NCBI GenBank assembly: GCA_022573895.1
Contig: JACZTB010000008.1
Location: 13,628-45,627 of the forward strand
From: Nitrososphaerota archaeon
GTDB taxonomy: Archaea > Thermoproteota > Nitrososphaeria > Nitrososphaerales > Nitrosopumilaceae
Length of the DNA stretch: 32,000 nucleotides
Direction: 5' to 3'
Shown here: one piece after another, positions 18,337 to 26,240 of the stretch
How the letters are laid out: the number at the start of each line of letters is the position of its first letter
Numbering within the stretch: the stretch's first letter is position 1
Made by a program: the position numbers and the translations under genes
Notes under the pieces: model-generated
Told to the model about the DNA's origin: nothing
Database searches by the model: none
The model's input: the letters and a program-made list of their open reading frames with translations, nothing else

Positions 18337-20259
18337 TCAGTTTTGATCACCATTGATGGATTTCTTACTTTGGTTGTCATGATTTTCATCATTTGTGTAT
18401 GGAATAGTAAAGTAGAATGATGTGCCCTTTCCTACCTCAGAATCTACCCAGATTTTACCGCCTAGTTCAGTAACAATTCCTTTACAAATTACTAGTCCCA
18501 GCCCTGTTCCACCATGTGTTCTTTCTAGTGAAGTATCTATCTGGTAGAACTTTCTGAAAAGACCTGAAATTTTATCTGTTGGTATTCCGATGCCATTGTC
18601 TTTTACATAAAATAAGATATCTCCATTCTGAAGTATAGCTCCTAACTGGATTTTTCCAGAATTTTCAGATACAACTTTGATTGCATTTCGAATCAAATTT
18701 GTAATGACTTGAGACAGTCTATTACGATCAGTGTATATTTCTAAATCAGCAACATCCAAAGTTATTGAAATATCTTTTTTTTCTGCCATTAATTCTCCGT
18801 GTTTCTTTATTTCATCAAAGAAATCGCAAAGTCTGAATTTATCCTTGATGAACTTCATCTTGTTCATTTCTAGTTTTTGAGCATCCAAAATATCGTCAGT
18901 GAGACGCTCTAAACTGTTCGCCATGTTTTCAATCTCATTGACTGCCTCAAGCTGTTCTGAGGTAAGTGTTCCCAACATTTTTTTGTCTTTTAGCATCCTA
19001 CAGTACATCTTTATTGGAAAAATTGGTGTCTTTAGTTCATGAGACACCATGGCCGAAAATTCATCTTTTTGGGAAACGAATTTCTTTTCAGTTTCAAGTT
19101 CTAATTTAGATTTTACTAGTTCTTGTTCAATGGATATCTTGTCGAGTAATTCTTTGAATTGAGTTCGAATTATTTGTTTATCAGTTTTCATTTTTTGGGC
19201 CATTTGTTCCATAGACTTTCCAAGGGACAAAAATTCATCGTTTGTTTTTAAACCAGATTTGGAATCATAGTGTCCTTTTGCATATTCTTTTGTTAATAGT
19301 TCTAATTTTGAAATTGGATTTGTCAAAGTTTTTGAAAACAAAATTGATATTATAGAAATTGCAAAAATTAGTAATACTGAGGTAACAGCTATACTAATTT
19401 TAATATCATCAAGGGGTGCTAAAGCTTCGGATACATCTATCTTTGCCACCAGTCCCAAATTTACATCACTTATTGCTCTAGTTACTGCAAAAACTGGCAC
19501 TCCTCTATAATCTACTGTCTCAAGAAAAACCTCGTTATGTAAAAGAGCTTGGGTAATTGGGATGGCTAATTCATCCTTAGATATTATTACTCTTGCATTA
19601 GGATCATCTTGGAACTTTAGAGCATTAATGAAAATTGCATGACCCTCGACAGTTTTTTCTGCAATCAGGTATTCTCCAGTTTCTCCAAAATAATCTTTTA
19701 TCATTGGCCTATTAAGTTCATGTGGATCTATCAAAGCATATACAAATCCTAAATTCTTGTTGTCTGAGAATAAAGTTCTGCTAAGATAGGCATCATCCAC
19801 TGGGTGTTCTTGATATGAGAAACCAAATTTAAAATCTTCTGATTCTTCCGGAATGAATTTGTCATCCAAATAATTTCCTATAAGTGTGGGATCTGTAGAT
19901 GCGACGATCCTTCCATCTAAATTGATAATGGATAAAATTTTAAAATTATCATCAGAGTTTTGTACATCAATCAATATTTTATTCATTTTTTCTACATGCT
20001 CTGGAGATTCGTGTTGATTATACTCATCCAAAAGAAATCGTAGATTTGTTCTACTGCCAACTAAATTTATTTTGTCTTCGTAAAGATGTAAAACATCATT
20101 AATTCGTAGTCTTTCTAAATCAGCTGTTGTAGATAACATGTTCTCAACTTGAGATATGATCTGGTCATAGGAACTTTGATGAAAATATATGCCTATCGAA
20201 GCAATTGGAATTAAACCAATGATAATAAACAAAGGAATAATTTTAATTTTATAAAGCAT
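18337..20259 (-). CDS. Sensor histidine kinase (TM - Cache-like extracytoplasmic domain - TM - HAMP - HisKA - HATPase_c)
   Basis: ORF track 640 aa with two TM segments. GETGEYLIAE / DYRGVPVFAV are Cache-type motifs. H-box SHELKTPI, N-box NLIRNAIK, G-boxes DNGIGIP and GGTGLGLVICK. Confidence 0.9.
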   Translation of the reverse strand: MLYKIKIIPLFIIIGLIPIASIGIYFHQSSYDQIISQVENMLSTTADLERLRINDVLHLYEDKINLVGSRTNLRFLLDEYNQHESPEHVEKMNKILIDVQNSDDNFKILSIINLDGRIVASTDPTLIGNYLDDKFIPEESEDFKFGFSYQEHPVDDAYLSRTLFSDNKNLGFVYALIDPHELNRPMIKDYFGETGEYLIAEKTVEGHAIFINALKFQDDPNARVIISKDELAIPITQALLHNEVFLETVDYRGVPVFAVTRAISDVNLGLVAKIDVSEALAPLDDIKISIAVTSVLLIFAISIISILFSKTLTNPISKLELLTKEYAKGHYDSKSGLKTNDEFLSLGKSMEQMAQKMKTDKQIIRTQFKELLDKISIEQELVKSKLELETEKKFVSQKDEFSAMVSHELKTPIFPIKMYCRMLKDKKMLGTLTSEQLEAVNEIENMANSLERLTDDILDAQKLEMNKMKFIKDKFRLCDFFDEIKKHGELMAEKKDISITLDVADLEIYTDRNRLSQVITNLIRNAIKVVSENSGKIQLGAILQNGDILFYVKDNGIGIPTDKISGLFRKFYQIDTSLERTHGGTGLGLVICKGIVTELGGKIWVDSEVGKGTSFYFTIPYTNDENHDNQSKKSINGDQN

Positions 20260-20314
20260 TTCTCTTTATCACTCCCAAGTTTTCATCTCTTGCTTGGTTT
20301 GTAGAATAAAGAAA

Positions 20315-20670
20315 TCAAGACATAACCTCTATTAGCGTATCTACATCCATTGGTTTTCTTTGGATAGAATGAACTCCCTTTTTTTTGAGGCTATTAGTTG
20401 TAGCTTCATCTATTGTGGTCGCAGTCAATACTATGATTTTTTGATTTTTTATCTTATCTTCTTTTACCAATTCATCAATTACATCAATTCCTGTAAAATC
20501 TGGCATTGCAAGATCTAGCAGTATAACATCAAAAGATCCTTTCTTAATTAGTTCAACAGCATTCCTACCATCATTTACTACTGTACACTCGTGTTTCTTG
20601 AAAGTAAGAAATTTTGATAATGCCTTGGTAATTGTCTCGTTATCATCTACGAGCAGAATTCTTATTTCAT
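20315..20670 (-). pseudogene. Receiver-only response regulator with a frameshift right after its start codon
   Basis: GGTGA-ATG at 20670 reads ATG AAA TAA. The receiver frame (NEIRILLVDDNETI...LLDLAMPDFTG...) opens at 20671 in the +1 frame and has no ATG/GTG/TTG before residue 56. The track only reports the 63-aa C-terminal piece. Confidence 0.65.
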
Positions 20671-20833
20671 TTCACCTCTATAGGACTGAAGTACAATCCT
20701 TAAAGCAAAGTGCCTATTGATTACACAAGTCATGTTGTATATTACGCAAAAATTACATGTAAACGATCCTCACTTTAGGACTCCCTTAGGGGAGTTCTTT
20801 TTAGTTAAGACTTTTCAATTAATTTCAAGTAAG

Positions 20834-21124
20834 ATGGATAGTAAAAAACCAGAAACAACTAGAAGAGAACGTAGACCTAAACTGGACATTTATTTTGCGA
20901 TTCTAAATGCAATTCAGCAAGAAGAAACAGATGAAGGGGTCAAACCTACCAGAATTCAATACGCAAGTGGCATGTCTTATGACAAGGTAGCAAGACACCT
21001 AAAAGTTCTTCAAGAAAAAAAACTGATAATCAAAAAAGAATACTATCACCTTACAGAGAAGGGTCATAAATTTTTAGCAGAATATTCTTTGGTTAAGGAC
21101 TTTGTAGATAGAATGGACTTGTAA
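20834..21124 (+). CDS. Winged-helix transcriptional regulator (small archaeal wHTH)
   Basis: The track ORF starts at 20717 on an alternative codon; ATG at 20834 gives MDSKKPETTRRERRPKLDIYFAILNAIQ...YHLTEKGHKFL, a typical wHTH layout. Divergent from the response-regulator/kinase operon. Confidence 0.7.
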   Translation: MDSKKPETTRRERRPKLDIYFAILNAIQQEETDEGVKPTRIQYASGMSYDKVARHLKVLQEKKLIIKKEYYHLTEKGHKFLAEYSLVKDFVDRMDL

Positions 21125-21757
21125 TTATTTTCCATTTCCAAATCCAATAAGACCTACTCCTTTGTAGTGGCTTTTCTGGGACTCATTTTTGTTAGTGTTG
21201 ATTATATTTTTAATAAGATAATTGCAAATCGGATGTGATCTGGTACTGTGATGTCCTAAATTTGATTCCACTCACTACGTATTTTCAAAATTATTTCATT
21301 AAAACAATTAATAATTGGATAGCGATCGTCTAGGATTTGAACGTGGATCCTTTGACCAGGCATTCACTGACCGAAAACAGCGGTCAACTGCTTCTTCCCA
21401 GTTGATTACTATCCACATATTATTACACTTACAAAAAATAAAAAGATGATCTTTTGTGAAATATGAAAAAGAAATATGCGATCTGCATAACACAAATTAT
21501 TAATTAAATTAGATTGACTTGTTTGTTAATTTTTAATTTCTAACCGATCAAATATTTATGAATATTAATTTAAAAACATAGTACAAGCCGATCAAAATAG
21601 AAAATAAAAAATTATCAAAAATTCACACTAACACTGTTAATTGAGTACTCTTAATGATATTAATCGATCATAACTGAATTTAAAAAAATTAAAAACCTTT
21701 GGACTCAACCGAGTGCACACATGCGTGGTTAACTGAAACTGTTCTTTACAGAAACTT

Positions 21758-21952
21758 CTAACTCCTAAAATATATTATCTTGAAAATATCGGCCAAACTA
21801 AGCTCTGAGCCCTTTAAACTGGCCTCTTCAATACCTGAATAAACGTGAAAAAGAACATCATAACTAAGATTCATATCTTGAATTATTTGTGGGTCAACAC
21901 CACATTCAATAATTCTATCCAAAATTTTATCAACAGAAACTTTGCTCATCAT
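21758..21952 (-). CDS. Hypothetical small helical protein
   Basis: ORF track 64 aa, ATG start, no motif recognised. Confidence 0.35.
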   Translation of the reverse strand: MMSKVSVDKILDRIIECGVDPQIIQDMNLSYDVLFHVYSGIEEASLKGSELSLADIFKIIYFRS

Positions 21953-22117
21953 ATATCATCCCTTCATTTTGCATGAATCTTAATCATATAAGAAAAATGG
22001 AAATTTTGGCTCAATTAGAGTACCAAATTGGCTATTTGAATGACTTTTGTAGAGATGTAATGTGTTTCGTAATCTTGTATAGGATTATGCAAGGGTAATC
22101 CCAGAGAAGATTATGAA

Positions 22118-22143
22118 GTTCGTTAACAGTTCGTATCAAATGT
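22118..22143 (+). repeat. Copy B of motif (GTTC)GTTAACAGTTCGTATCAAATGT
   Basis: Exact 22 nt shared with copy A. 24 of 25 nt match the inverted copy C. Confidence 0.9.
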
Positions 22144-22211
22144 AATTCAATATAATAACTCGTAGATTATTGAATACTATCTAAATAGGATCAAGTTTAG
22201 AATTAGTTGTT

Positions 22212-22355
22212 ATGACAACAGGATACTGTGTAAAATGCAGAACTAAAAGAGAAATAAAGAATCCAAAATCTGTCACCATGAAAAATGGCAGGCCTGCAAT
22301 AAAAGGTACCTGTCCTACCTGTAAGATAAAAATGTACAGAATAGGAAAAGGCTAA
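22212..22355 (+). CDS. DUF5679-type small zinc-ribbon protein (47 aa)
   Basis: Below the track cut-off. MTTGYCVKCRTKREIKNPKSVTMKNGRPAIKGTCPTCKIKMYRIGKG matches the C.kC....i.n.....mkNGRpa.kG.Cp.C..k..RIG pattern I associate with DUF5679. Confidence 0.65.
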   Translation: MTTGYCVKCRTKREIKNPKSVTMKNGRPAIKGTCPTCKIKMYRIGKG

Positions 22356-22384
22356 TCCATCATAGGGATTTGAACCAAAGTAAC

Positions 22385-22407
22385 AATTCCCCTCGAGGAA
22401 TTTTTTT
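22385..22407 (+). terminator. Hairpin plus T7 run downstream of the DUF5679 gene
   Basis: AATTCC (22385-22390) pairs with GGAATT (22397-22402) across a 6-nt loop and runs into TTTTTTT (22401-22407). Oligo-T is the usual archaeal termination signal. Confidence 0.4.
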
Positions 22408-22541
22408 ACAAAAAAGATTATAGGTAATCAGTAAAAAGGGAATCCCCCCTCCCAGTCACACAAAACGCGATATGACTTGCGTTATGATGTGAGTTTGTTT
22501 GTTGGAAAGAATTGATATAATCAAAATACAAAAATTTTTTG

Positions 22542-23153
22542 ATGGCAAACATTTCCTGTGTTCTGTTTGATCTAGGTGGAGTCATTCTAAACTGGAATGA
22601 TTCATGGTTTATACAAGAAGTAGGTGACGAGTTTCAATTACAAAAAGAAAAATTATCTAAAGAATTTCACAAAAATCTTCCAGATATTTCAACTGGAAGA
22701 ATAAATGAAAAAGAATTTTGGTACAACATTGGAAATAAACTTGAATCACAAAAATTGATGAATCAAAACGTATCACTTTTGGATAAAATATTTCGAAAAC
22801 GTGTTTCGTTAAATAATTCTATAATTTCTCTCTCTAGAAATTTATTTCAAAAAGGGGTGGATGTTGGGATTTTATCCAATACTGAACATGTTACTTATTC
22901 GGTAGTTGAGGATTTGGTCTCTTTAACTCATTTCAAGCACAAATTTCTATCCTATAAGATAGGTCATTTGAAACCAGATCCTGAAATATACAAATACGTA
23001 ATTGACAACATACCATTTCCTAAAGAAGAATTATTTTTTATAGATGATCTCAAACCTAATGTTGAATCTGCGCGTTCTGCTGGAATAGATTCAGTGCAGT
23101 ATTTTGATTATGACGAACTTGTAAAGGAATGTCATAATCGTAAACTCATATGA
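22542..23153 (+). CDS. HAD-superfamily hydrolase (subfamily IA-like)
   Basis: ORF track 204 aa. The ATG at 22542 follows the TTG at 22539. Motif I VLFDLGGVI, motif II ILSNT, motif IV FIDD. Confidence 0.85.
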   Translation: MANISCVLFDLGGVILNWNDSWFIQEVGDEFQLQKEKLSKEFHKNLPDISTGRINEKEFWYNIGNKLESQKLMNQNVSLLDKIFRKRVSLNNSIISLSRNLFQKGVDVGILSNTEHVTYSVVEDLVSLTHFKHKFLSYKIGHLKPDPEIYKYVIDNIPFPKEELFFIDDLKPNVESARSAGIDSVQYFDYDELVKECHNRKLI

Positions 23154-23422
23154 CACAAAAAGGTCACAAAAATCACTATAACATAAAATTTCTCAAAGGC
23201 ATGGAGTATCTATCTATCTAAAAAATTCGAAAATTATTCTAAAAAATGGCTTACAAAACACTCAGAGGGAGTCCTCAATATTGAATAAAGAAAATAAGAA
23301 AGATAAAGATTGCTCTAATGATAAAAATCAGCCTACTGATGGACCGTTTAAGATAAAAATTTAAAACCTGTTTTCTTTCTTTTAAAATATTAAAAATTCA
23401 AAATTAAAACTTTAAAAAAAAT

Positions 23423-23438
23423 CCCCCCCCCCCCCCCC
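23423..23438. repeat. Homopolymeric C16 tract
   Basis: Counted directly: AAAAAAAAT then 16 C then GATTTAACGGGCGC. It is intergenic, 225 nt upstream of the CheY-like gene. Confidence 0.95.
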
Positions 23439-23662
23439 GATTTAACGGGCGCAAAAAATTTACAGTTAACATTCTATCCATTCGCACTCAATTACTGCTA
23501 CCAGTTCTTGGCATTCAGCAGAATTATTCTATCGATAAACCATGTGCAAAAACTAATCAGGAATGCAAAGATAACTTCGATATCGGGTTTCTATCCCACC
23601 ACAAGATCTGCAGATTTTGCAACATCTAAAAAAAATTTCAGCGAATTGAAGAGAGAGATAAA

Positions 23663-24040
23663 ATGACCACCGTAATTGTTATTGATGATGACAGAAATAT
23701 AGTGATGCTGCTCAGCGATTTATTAGAGATGTTTGGCATAAGGATAGTTGGGAAAGGTTACAACGGTTCAGATGCAGTAGAGTTGTATAAAAAACTGAAC
23801 CCAGATATTGTTTTTACTGATGTCATGATGCCTAGGACGGATGGTTTCTATGCACTTGAAAAGATTAGAGAGTATGACCCAAATGCAAAGGTTGTAGCTG
23901 TTACTGCTGATCTGACATCAGAAACTGCCAAAAGACTAAAAGTATTGAAAGTATCTGCAATAGTTTACAAACCATTTGACATCACAGAAATAAAGCAGGT
24001 ATTGATGACTAAACTTGATATTAAAATCAATGATGCTTAA
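23663..24040 (+). CDS. CheY-like single-domain response regulator
   Basis: ORF track 125 aa. VIDDD acidic pocket, phospho-acceptor context VFTDVMMPRTDG, conserved T (VTAD) and K (YKPF). Confidence 0.9.
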   Translation: MTTVIVIDDDRNIVMLLSDLLEMFGIRIVGKGYNGSDAVELYKKLNPDIVFTDVMMPRTDGFYALEKIREYDPNAKVVAVTADLTSETAKRLKVLKVSAIVYKPFDITEIKQVLMTKLDIKINDA

Positions 24041-24068
24041 TTTCCTTTCAATTACCTAGATTTAGTCA

Positions 24069-24093
24069 ACGTTTGATACGAACTGTTAACGAA
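24069..24093 (-). repeat. Copy C (inverted) of motif GTTAACAGTTCGTATCAAA
   Basis: The plus strand reads ACGTTTGATACGAACTGTTAACGAAAC, starting 29 nt after the CheY stop. Confidence 0.9.
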
Positions 24094-24236
24094 ACCATCA
24101 AAAAAAAAAATTTGGTAGGAATATTGTAAGTATCCCAATCGCTTTATGCCGTTATCATATCTACAAAATCATCAAAAAGGTATCCGCACCCACTGTGGGT
24201 TCAAATATCATCCGATTCGAATCCTTTAAAGAGTGT

Positions 24237-24265
24237 TGAAGTAATAGTTTGGCGCCCTCATTTTT
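24237..24265 (+). other. Second copy of the GC-rich TGAA..TAGTTTGGCGCCCTCA + T-run motif
   Basis: TGAAGTAATAGTTTGGCGCCCTCA then T5. Compare TGAAATTAGTTTGACGCCCTCA(C) plus T6 at 12073-12101. Confidence 0.35.
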
Positions 24266-24642
24266 AATAAAATACTTGCAAACCAGTTAAAATTTAGCAC
24301 AATAATATTCGTACTAAGTTTCAGAAATAATTTTAAAATGTACTAAATAATTGAGTTAAATGATTAGGGTTTGCGAGCTTATTTTTTGTGTGATTTAGAT
24401 CAAATTTTGATTAGAACTTAAGACCAACAACGATTAGTTACTTGGTGAGAGTTTCAATTATAATATGATTTTGCAAATTGGTATTTAGGGAATTCTAAGA
24501 ATTTGTATGAACGATTCATTCGTTAGTGTTTTAAGCAAATTTTGTAAAAGCATGTCATGACAATTCTATTCATTCCAATAAGACCATCCAGAAGAGATTC
24601 AGATAACACAGAAGATTAGAACACTTTATGAATATGTGATCT

Positions 24643-24849
24643 ATGAGTCAAATAATGATTCACTGCAAAAATACCTGTAAGGAATTTGAGAAAGGCAACA
24701 AGCCAAGAATCTATACCGACAATGGATGTTTTTGCAGAAACTGTGACTATTATTTCAAGGAATTATTTTCAAGATGTCCATGTTGTAATGGTTTGACTCG
24801 ACATAATACTAGAAACAACAAGGAACAAAAGCAAATTTGCAGGATATGA
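24643..24849 (+). CDS. Zinc-ribbon protein (paralogue of 14387..14605)
   Basis: ORF track 68 aa. HCKNTCK...IY...CRNC...CPCCNGLTR has the same cysteine spacing logic as the 72-aa protein. Confidence 0.55.
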   Translation: MSQIMIHCKNTCKEFEKGNKPRIYTDNGCFCRNCDYYFKELFSRCPCCNGLTRHNTRNNKEQKQICRI

Positions 24850-24907
24850 TTTTGATAAAAATGGGAGAAAAAAATTGAAAACTGTCGGAGGATTTTATTC
24901 ATAAATC

Positions 24908-25078
24908 ATGGTCTGGTATCTAATAGCTATCCCAATTGTTATAGCAATAATCATCAAACTGGTCATTCCATATATCCAGAAAAATCATATTGATAATACT
25001 GTGATTTGTGGGATTTGTAGTGGTAAATATAGCAAAAAACTAAGAGGCTGTTCTCGTTGTGGTGTTGGTAGTAAATAA
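24908..25078 (+). CDS. Small membrane-anchored zinc-ribbon protein (56 aa)
   Basis: Below the track cut-off. Reads MVWYLIAIPIVIAIIIKLVIPYIQKNHIDNTVICGICSGKYSKKLRGCSRCGVGSK: a TM helix then CxxC...CxxC. Confidence 0.4.
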   Translation: MVWYLIAIPIVIAIIIKLVIPYIQKNHIDNTVICGICSGKYSKKLRGCSRCGVGSK

Positions 25079-25165
25079 AAAAACATTTGGAAAAGAAAAT
25101 GAAAACTAGACTTTTGATAATTATTGGAATAATTGCAATTTGCCAAATAGAAAAATACAGGTCAA

Positions 25166-25381
25166 ATGACTAAGGTAGCAATGGTCAATCCTCTTGATAT
25201 GACACTTGAAGCATTGCAAAACGCACAGGATGCAATAGATGAAATAAAAGTGAGAAAAAACATCACATCAGAAAAACAAACGCTTCAAGACTATGATAAT
25301 ATCATAAAACATCTGGAGGATTCCATATCAGATATGATCAATGCTGTTGTACTATTTCAGAAGCATGAAAAGGCTTTGTAA
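25166..25381 (+). CDS. Hypothetical helical protein
   Basis: ORF track 71 aa, ATG start. A convergent 57-aa minus-strand ORF (25338..25511) overlaps its 3' end, so only one may be real. Confidence 0.4.
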   Translation: MTKVAMVNPLDMTLEALQNAQDAIDEIKVRKNITSEKQTLQDYDNIIKHLEDSISDMINAVVLFQKHEKAL

Positions 25382-25781
25382 ATGACTCTATTGCTCCAAA
25401 ATAATTACAATTTTTGCACCTGTAAAATGCAGTTCCATCTGAATGTATTGCAATTGTTTCAGGTTCATTTCCTGAGCAATCCTGTTTAAAGTAGTCGTGC
25501 CTGCTTGCCATGTTTGTTATGTACGAAATTTGTATTTAATCTTATAACCTATGCTAAGAAATGTATTCCAACCAAACAACACTATCAGAAGTGGTTTCCT
25601 TTGTTTTCGTATTGTAGCCAAATTTGTATGGGACTTACCAATCATTAGAATACTTTAAGACCATTCCATTTGGAGAAAAAGAAAATGAAAACTAAACTCC
25701 TAAAGGGATTTACAGTTTTAGTTTAACACCCTGCTTGATTTTGTAAAGTCAACAAATCTTAACCAAATTTTTTAAAAAATT

Positions 25782-25843
25782 ATTTATAAATTTCTTAATT
25801 AATTTATAAACTTCTCAAATAATTTATAAATTAATTTATAAAT
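25782..25843. repeat. Cluster of four ATTTATAAAT palindromes (spacing 20, 20, 12 nt)
   Basis: Copies start at 25782, 25802 (9/10), 25822 and 25834. Confidence 0.9.
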
Positions 25844-25882
25844 AATTCACGCCTAGTGTTTAAAATTACTGAAAAAAGATGC

Positions 25883-26210
25883 CAAGGTCATGAATACCTT
25901 GAAAAAAGATGAAACCTTGAAATTCAATTTGTGCCTAACAGTAATCAAGGTTTTCAAGGTATGGTCAAGATATCAAGAATTGTTCAAGGTAAGGTAAGAC
26001 ATGACAAGATGAAAATCGAGCCTGTATACACATATCTTGCTAAAGCTTGATAATCTTGCAATACCTTGCAAGGTAAGCTCTACCTTGCAAAACCTTGGTT
26101 ATATAGTCGAAAAATTTTTGAAATAATTTTGAGTAAGGATACAAAACCTTGGGTAAGGTATGGAAATTTTTGTTTTGTATTTAAACGAGGGTGTGACTTT
26201 TGGACAAGGT
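25883..26210. repeat. Array of 12 ACCTTG/CAAGGT hexamers (6 in each orientation)
   Basis: ACCTTG at 25896, 25914, 26063, 26082, 26092, 26146. CAAGGT at 25883, 25946, 25955, 25985, 26069, 26205. Perfect palindrome ACCTTGCAAGGT at 26063-26074. Confidence 0.9.
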
Positions 26211-26240
26211 TGGTTGTCAACAAAAACGATCCTAAAAATA

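Noticed and set aside
20315-20506. 63-aa track ORF as an independent gene
   Set aside because: It is the C-terminal part of a receiver domain whose frame extends to 20671. It is reported instead as a frameshifted response regulator.
21308-21493. 61-aa minus-strand ORF
   Set aside because: GTG start, no motif, isolated in an AT-rich intergenic stretch. Insufficient support to call it a gene.
22361-22385. tRNA or tRNA fragment (GGATTTGAACC, i.e. GGTTCAAATCC on the minus strand)
   Set aside because: It is T-loop-like, but the flanking bases do not form a T-stem or acceptor stem and no cloverleaf could be built. It may be a tRNA-derived scrap, but that is unsupported.
24181-24260. tRNA-like strings GGGTTCAAAT and GATTCGAATCC upstream of the GGCGCCCTCA motif
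   Set aside because: No complementary 5' acceptor strand (GGGCGCC), D-arm or anticodon arm could be found on either strand. GATTCGAATC is merely a 10-nt palindrome.
25338-25511. 57-aa minus-strand ORF (MASRHDYFKQDCSGNEPETIAIHSDGTAFYRCKNCNYF...) convergent with 25166..25381
   Set aside because: It has only three cysteines, so it is not a full zinc ribbon. It overlaps the 3' end of the plus-strand ORF by 44 nt, and I cannot tell which is real. Left uncalled.
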